This document shows, piece by piece, positions 58,360 through 64,000 of a stretch of 64,000 nucleotides of DNA; position 1 is the first letter of the stretch, and every line of letters starts with the position of its first letter. Where the stretch lies: NCBI GenBank assembly GCA_024276825.1, contig JAJRWI010000079.1:1-64000 (forward strand), given 5' to 3'. The DNA is from an archaeon (lineage in GTDB: Archaea; Asgardarchaeota; Thorarchaeia; Thorarchaeales; Thorarchaeaceae). The translations under genes and the position numbers were made by a program. The notes under the pieces were generated by a model. That model was not told where the DNA came from and did not search any database. It saw nothing but the letters and a program-made list of their open reading frames with translations.

Positions 58360-60608
58360 ATGAAACATGGGACCAAGAGGATTCTAATTCTTTTACCAAT
58401 AATGATTATTTACATTATACTTCTGTATATCAGCGGACCAGACTGGAACACATCTCACGGGGTCAGTGTGATATATTCAGTGTTAGCATTTCTTTGTCTG
58501 ATATTAGTGGTTTCACTCAACAATCTCATCCGTATCGAAAATACAATCGCCAACCAGCTTATTGCAGGAACCGCTAATTATGGGTTCCTCGTCTTTGCAG
58601 GATCGGCAATCTCAAACCTATGGAGAGTTGACAACGGTCCAATTCACCTGCAGCCTCATGGGATATTATTGAATCTGATTGGTCTCTTAATAGCAAGCAC
58701 TCTGTTCTTTGCTTTTGGGCATCAAGTTGGTAAGAATGGGTCTAAGAGCGATTCTGGAGTCTTGTCGCATCTCAGAATCATTGTGGCTGTGATTGGAGTA
58801 GGAATATCTATTATGTTTGCAATAATAATTCGAGCAGACACACCCGTTGACATCATATTGATAGCTGGTTATGCAATTGGATCTATTGCATTTATTCTGT
58901 TTTTTGCAGCTGGAGTACTGATATTTAAGAAGAGGGAGTCTGTGATTTCAATAGACCCATATCGCATTGCAATCGCCGCATGGCTCCTCTCAGCTGCTGC
59001 AATCACTCACATTTACATTCTGTCTAGCCCATCGGTGTTGTGGCTACTTTCGATTGGATTCATTATAATGGCGTTCATCTATGCAGTGATTGGAATCACG
59101 GTCCATTACTTGATTATGATTGAGGTTGATTCAAAACGAGCATATGTATTCTCACTTGGCATCAATCTAGTCATTCTCTTTCCAGTTCTTGGGATCTACC
59201 TAATTAACAGCCTCACTGCAGGTACTACCATAGTGAATGTTGGTGTGACTGTCATCATTCACCTCAGTGCATCGTTGATGGCGGGAGGAGCGGCATATAT
59301 GATGATCATGAGGAGCAGGCGAGCACCCGTTCCATGGCATACTCCAATCATCCTTCTGCTCTTGTTCTGGTGTGCTGCTGAGATAATTATCAGCATTTCC
59401 CCCATGCTGCCCATATATAATGGCACAGTTTCATTAATGCCGTACATCATAGGGTCAATCATCGCCTCGTTGGTGCTCTATATTGCATATAGGGCTGCAT
59501 TTTCTCCAAGATTGAGTGTGGTGCAGTTCAGACCAAAGTGGTTCTATATCATGGCAATTGCCATATTCATCTTGATTCTTGTGTTTGCTGAGTTTGTCCG
59601 TTTTCAACTGTTTCAGGCATTCCCAGATTTTGCTCATGATAGCTTTGTTCAATCAGCATTGGCACCGACTATAATGCTTGTATTCAGCTATTTCACTCTG
59701 TTTGGCATGCTTAGCCTGTTTTTTGTACTGATAAGTCTGCACGGGGGGAGGTTCACATTCGATACAAACCTTGCAAATATTTCAGTGGTCTGGGTCATTG
59801 TTGTGCTGTTGCGCGCAAACTTCAGTGTCTGGACAACTGGCTGGTGGATGACTGACTTCTTGCTTTACTTGACTGCTGTGGGATGCATTCTCTATTTAAT
59901 CAAGGTTCATGTTGACGAAGTAAGAATACGAGAGGACTATCAAGAGCGTATCCTTATCCAAAAGGAGGTCCTATTGAAAGACTTGCTATCTGAGATTCAA
60001 ATGGTTGAAGACCATATAGAAGCGTTAGGTAGAACCAATGAGATGGACTCTCGCCTTGATATTGTTTCAAGGGCCTTGAGCCAGTTATCACATGCAGAGA
60101 GCATAGCTCAAAGAATCAATGCAGTTTTAACAGAGAGCGTCATTGCCAGTTCGGACCTGGTCCCAATGGATTTTGCAGAAATCTGCAAGACTGAGCTGAC
60201 AACTGAAAGAGTGGGATGTACTCCGACATTCACAGGCAGCCTCAAGGAGTGTACTATACTTGCCAATGATTTACTTGTTGATGCAATTCACAAGGTCATG
60301 GAGTTCCTGGTCAATCGAATTGGACTCCTAAATGAGTTGGCTGTGGAGTTTTCACATAACCTAGACAGCGAAACTCCAATGTGCATCGCCGAAATGAGAA
60401 TGACTATTAGAACAGACTATGCTCATGAGAGCAGAACATGCTCCTTAGGTACATGAGTTCCACTTCAAGTGAGGCTGTTGAGATCGCATATATTAGAAGG
60501 CTGATTAGTCTTTTTAAAGGGTCCATTGCGATAATGCCCAATGCTGCCGAGGAGGGACTTCTTGAAATTATCATCGAAATAGCGCTTAGAAAGGTATGTG
60601 ATGATTGA
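58360..60608 (+). CDS. Large polytopic membrane protein with degenerate kinase-like C-terminus; probable frameshift near 60430
   Basis: ORF stops at 60456; the -1 frame continues ...AVEIAYIRRLISLFKGSI...LEIIIEIALRK to TGA at 60608, resembling a HATPase end. Confidence 0.6.
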
Positions 60609-60711
60609 GAACAAGACCCAGCAGTCAGAACAATTCAGCCCACTCGTAATCTATAAAAGAAGTGGAAACAAATCATTGAATTGAAAACCTCAGAGGAGGA
60701 CTTGTAGAAAA

Positions 60712-61071
60712 TTGCAGATTCCAACATTTCTCTTAAGAAAACTATATGTCAAAGGTAGTCTTGAAAATGTTGATGATGGATTCCAATTTAAGATAAAGAA
60801 CTCATTATCACCAGGAACGGCTATTGGCATTGAGCCGATCAAAGTTGACGATAAGGAATACCCATTGGAGAACACAATAATTCGTTCGGATGAAACAGAG
60901 GTTCCTGCAGCAGAGGTCACACAGGACAATTCATTCCCAATCAAAGTAGGGGTTGAGATCATTATTCATATCAAGGGAGAGAAATTGTCAGAAGGGGAGC
61001 ATAAGATCGATATTTCGATACAGACCAAAGAGGCTGGAAAACTCGCTTTTGATGTGAAGGACAGTATATAA
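60712..61071 (+). CDS. Conserved hypothetical beta-sandwich protein
   Basis: IPTFLLRKLYVKGSL...FKIKN; GAGGAGG SD upstream. Confidence 0.7.
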   Translation: MQIPTFLLRKLYVKGSLENVDDGFQFKIKNSLSPGTAIGIEPIKVDDKEYPLENTIIRSDETEVPAAEVTQDNSFPIKVGVEIIIHIKGEKLSEGEHKIDISIQTKEAGKLAFDVKDSI

Positions 61072-61079
61072 AAAAATGT

Positions 61080-61105
61080 ATGCAGAGGAGAAGTTCCCTC
61101 TGCAT
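61080..61105. terminator. Hairpin between convergent genes
   Basis: ATGCAGAGG-N8-CCTCTGCAT. Confidence 0.5.
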
Positions 61106-61112
61106 TCTAATT

Positions 61113-62657
61113 TCATCGACTTTTCATTTTAATTACTATAATCACTATGACAATTGCCATACCACCAATTATTGACAGGGCCAGTGGCAAGTCAAGGGCA
61201 GGTGCCGGTGATTCGGAGGTGGGACCTGTTGTGGTTGTGGACTCAATGGTTGGGGCATAGAGAACGAATCGGGCATAACTCCACACACCCTCATCATTTT
61301 TTGCATAGACTTCAAGAACATGCATTCCATTCTCAGGAAGACCAGTCAATACAGTGGTATTTGCCATTCCATCCCAACAGTAATAATACTCCGTTGGAAC
61401 CTCACTGAAATATATCTCAGGGAGAGATCCTGCGGCCCGTTTACTACCATTCATCAATGCACGCATGCTAATCTCGATAGGTCCACTGAGTGGTAGTGAA
61501 TAGGGCGAGAAAACATCACCGTTCTGGTTAATGGGGTTGAATTCTACCTTGTTATTTGTGACATTGATGACAAGATAGTGATATGCAGCAACGCCCCATG
61601 GATTATCATAAAGAGGCGCACCCCCACCGCCTGAGATTATGTTGACAACCCCATTGACTGTTAGTCTGTCGAACGAGTGATCATGCCCTGCAATGAAGGC
61701 GGTGACATTAGTACTCTCAAAGAGGGTTTGAAGCATTGCACGTTCTGTCTTATTCACATCCATAGCGCTTCCAAGATGCTTCACGGGATAGAGAGGTCTG
61801 TGTGCAAATACAAACTTGTATTGAGCAGTACAGGTTTCAAGGTCATTAACAAGCCAGTCATATTGAGTTCCAGTGATTCGTCCTTCGAAACCGAGTTCCT
61901 CCGAGTCAAGTAGAGTGAAGTGGATTCCACCATAATCGAATGACGAGTATGTCATTGGTTCGTCATATAGGACAAAGGAATCAAGGAAATACTTGTCAAC
62001 CCTCTTGTTATTAATCAGTTCCACATCGTGATTTCCAACGACACCGTATATTGGGGCATAATGACCAATACGGTCAGTGATATTTGTGAAGGCCCCCCAC
62101 GACTCTAGATTCCATGACTCTGATTCTAAAACATCATAGACATAGTCTCCAGTCATAAGAACGAGATGTGGCTCCTCTGCAATTATCATGTCTGCCAGAG
62201 TTGAGAAGACCTCAGGCTGCACAGTTCCAGAGGAGGGTCTGTTATCACCAATAACAATGATCTTCACAGAGTAAGGGTCATCGGGTGCGGTCTTGAAGTG
62301 ATATACCTCACTCTCAGTGCCATTACTCCTTACCTTATACCAGTATTTAGAGTCGGGATTTAAAGATGAGATTCTGATGTAATGGTCCGTATCAAGAGTG
62401 CTATTACTCACAGTTTCAAGTATACTCTGGTTCAGACCATAGAACACGGTTGCATTAGTGGGAAGTGGAGTTCTCCAGAATAAGACTGCTGATTCATTTG
62501 TCACAAGATTCACTGTGGGACCACGAATGAAATAGGATTAATTTTGGGCCATGAAATGATCAATTTGAGCGGCTGGAACGGAACTCCCAATTGCAACAGC
62601 GAAAAATGGAGAGAAAAGCAGACTGATAATTATGACCTTCTCAACACCTATTCTCAA
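61113..62657 (-). CDS. Membrane-anchored purple-acid-phosphatase-like metallophosphoesterase (FN3 + phosphoesterase); in-frame TAA at 62538-62540
   Basis: GD, GDY, GNHD, AHRP, GHDH; signal peptide from TTG 62657 is in frame but separated by one stop. Confidence 0.8.
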
Positions 62658-62763
62658 ATAATTCACCTTGCATACAACATGCGCGGGTCTTTTTAAGAGC
62701 TCTCGTTGAGCGACCAATATGGCTGCGATACAGTTTTCAGTAAAAGCCCTATTGTGAGCATGA

Positions 62764-63681
62764 TTGAATATGTATGTCAAGATTAGGAGAGATGGAGCAC
62801 TTGGAATTGGCAGAGGATCAGAGGGTGATCGGGAGATAGCCATTGGCTATGGCGAGGCCCATATGATAGCTGCTGCTCTTGAGAAGTTGGCACAGACCGC
62901 GCGAAGCTTCAAGCAGACTTACAAAAAGACCACAGATGTTGGTGCAGGGAACAAAATCGAGTTCGTCAGAACGGAGAGTGGGACCCTATCAATCTCTGGT
63001 GATGGGAATACATTCTTCTGCACTGACGAAGAAGTGAATGAGCTTGCAAATGTACTGAAGAATCTTCCGCCAATAGAGGTAGCACCAGCGTCAAACTATG
63101 TTCAAAAAGTCACACCAAAAGACGGGTTCTGTATTAAAGTCACGAATAACAACAAAAGTATCATCTTGACCCTTCCCGAAGCAGCTGTCTTGAGAACGGC
63201 TGTTAAGGCAAGCCTGAACAGTAGATTCTATCATGAGTTGATAAAGATTGAAGACAGGACTCTTGGAGTCGAACGTTCGAGTGATCTGAAATGGGAGATA
63301 ATAGCAAATAACGAGTCCGTGAGATTTACCGCCTATGAGATAGAGGCATTGATTGCAGGACTTCATAATTCTATATTGGAAGTATTGATTGGCACTGTGA
63401 AGGCGAAAGGTTCTGATGATATCGCAGAGATTCGGTTCAAGAGTCTAATTCAGAGAATCGAGCAAGAGGCAACTGCCATATTAAAAGAACACAAGAAGGG
63501 AAAAGGCATTGTGAAAGAGATTGTGAAGTATTCTAAAAAGATTCTCGGAATTAGAACAGACGCCGAGATGCGTGCGATAACATTCATCGATTTATGCAAG
63601 TATATTCATTCAAAACTGGAACCACAATATGTGGGACCTCTTTTCAATATACTCACAATGACCATGATTTCAGAACCATGA
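62764..63681 (+). CDS. Hypothetical protein with four internal beta-alpha repeats
   Basis: IGYGEAHMIAAAL, CTDEEVNELANVL, LTLPEAAVLRTAV, FTAYEIEALIAGL. Confidence 0.7.
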   Translation: MNMYVKIRRDGALGIGRGSEGDREIAIGYGEAHMIAAALEKLAQTARSFKQTYKKTTDVGAGNKIEFVRTESGTLSISGDGNTFFCTDEEVNELANVLKNLPPIEVAPASNYVQKVTPKDGFCIKVTNNNKSIILTLPEAAVLRTAVKASLNSRFYHELIKIEDRTLGVERSSDLKWEIIANNESVRFTAYEIEALIAGLHNSILEVLIGTVKAKGSDDIAEIRFKSLIQRIEQEATAILKEHKKGKGIVKEIVKYSKKILGIRTDAEMRAITFIDLCKYIHSKLEPQYVGPLFNILTMTMISEP

Positions 63682-63744
63682 GAGATTGATTCACAACTCT
63701 TATGAGTGCCATATCCTGCAGTCTTCATTGGTAGAGGTGTTGAT

Positions 63745-64000
63745 GTGCCAATCCAGTATATAAGGCAGCTGCAGAAGAGATGGGGATCAAAATCATTGCT
63801 TCAGTTTGTAAGGATGCTTGTTTTGCACAGAACACCCTTTGAAGATCTCCTTCAAAACATCTTTGATGCACTCGACACTTACAAAGCCAGATTTGCATTT
63901 CCTATTGTCGCCTCGATTGCCAGAATGCGGCCCGATCTTGTGCATATGATAATGCAAGAAGGACATGAGGTTGCAAGCCATGGGTTCAATCATTTGAGAT
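63745..64000 (+). CDS. Polysaccharide deacetylase family protein, 5' part
   Basis: Manual translation from GTG 63745 (SD GAGGTG) to ...GHEVASHGFNHL. Confidence 0.8.
   Translation, partial: MPIQYIRQLQKRWGSKSLLQFVRMLVLHRTPFEDLLQNIFDALDTYKARFAFPIVASIARMRPDLVHMIMQEGHEVASHGFNHLR

Noticed and set aside
1-64000. tRNA or rRNA genes
   Set aside because: No cloverleaf or rRNA-like sequence was recognised in intergenic regions by eye; tRNAscan-SE and Infernal would be needed to exclude them.

Overview
Archaeal DNA, most consistent with an Asgard archaeon (Thorarchaeia-like). This is inferred from a stand-alone gelsolin domain, a longin/roadblock-like protein, a DLSPL-type leucine-rich-repeat gene, an archaeal ATPase-nuclease and GGTG/GAGG Shine-Dalgarno sites. 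The backbone encodes acyl-CoA/B12 metabolism: a carboxyltransferase, BirA, methylmalonyl-CoA epimerase, a split mutase with MeaB, a second isobutyryl-CoA-type mutase, CobA/BtuR and a two-subunit CoA-transferase. It also carries a FAD/CCG oxidoreductase pair, TldD/PmbA, a three-gene two-component system and an E1a/E1b/E2/LplA/AhpD-like cluster with no E3 in the window. The standout is an AT-rich, tightly coupled seven-gene operon at 33.3-38.9 kb with the architecture of a head-to-tail circular bacteriocin cluster: a hydrophobic Ala/Gly-rich precursor, SpoIIM/DUF95, Yip1, a membrane protein, two ABC ATPases and an ABC-2 permease. Also present are a MITE with perfect 18-bp TIRs plus three related repeat copies, a probable IS5-type remnant, several operator-like palindromes and three genes each broken by a single lesion. 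No rRNA, tRNA or CRISPR array was seen. All calls come from reading motifs by eye; no database searches were run.
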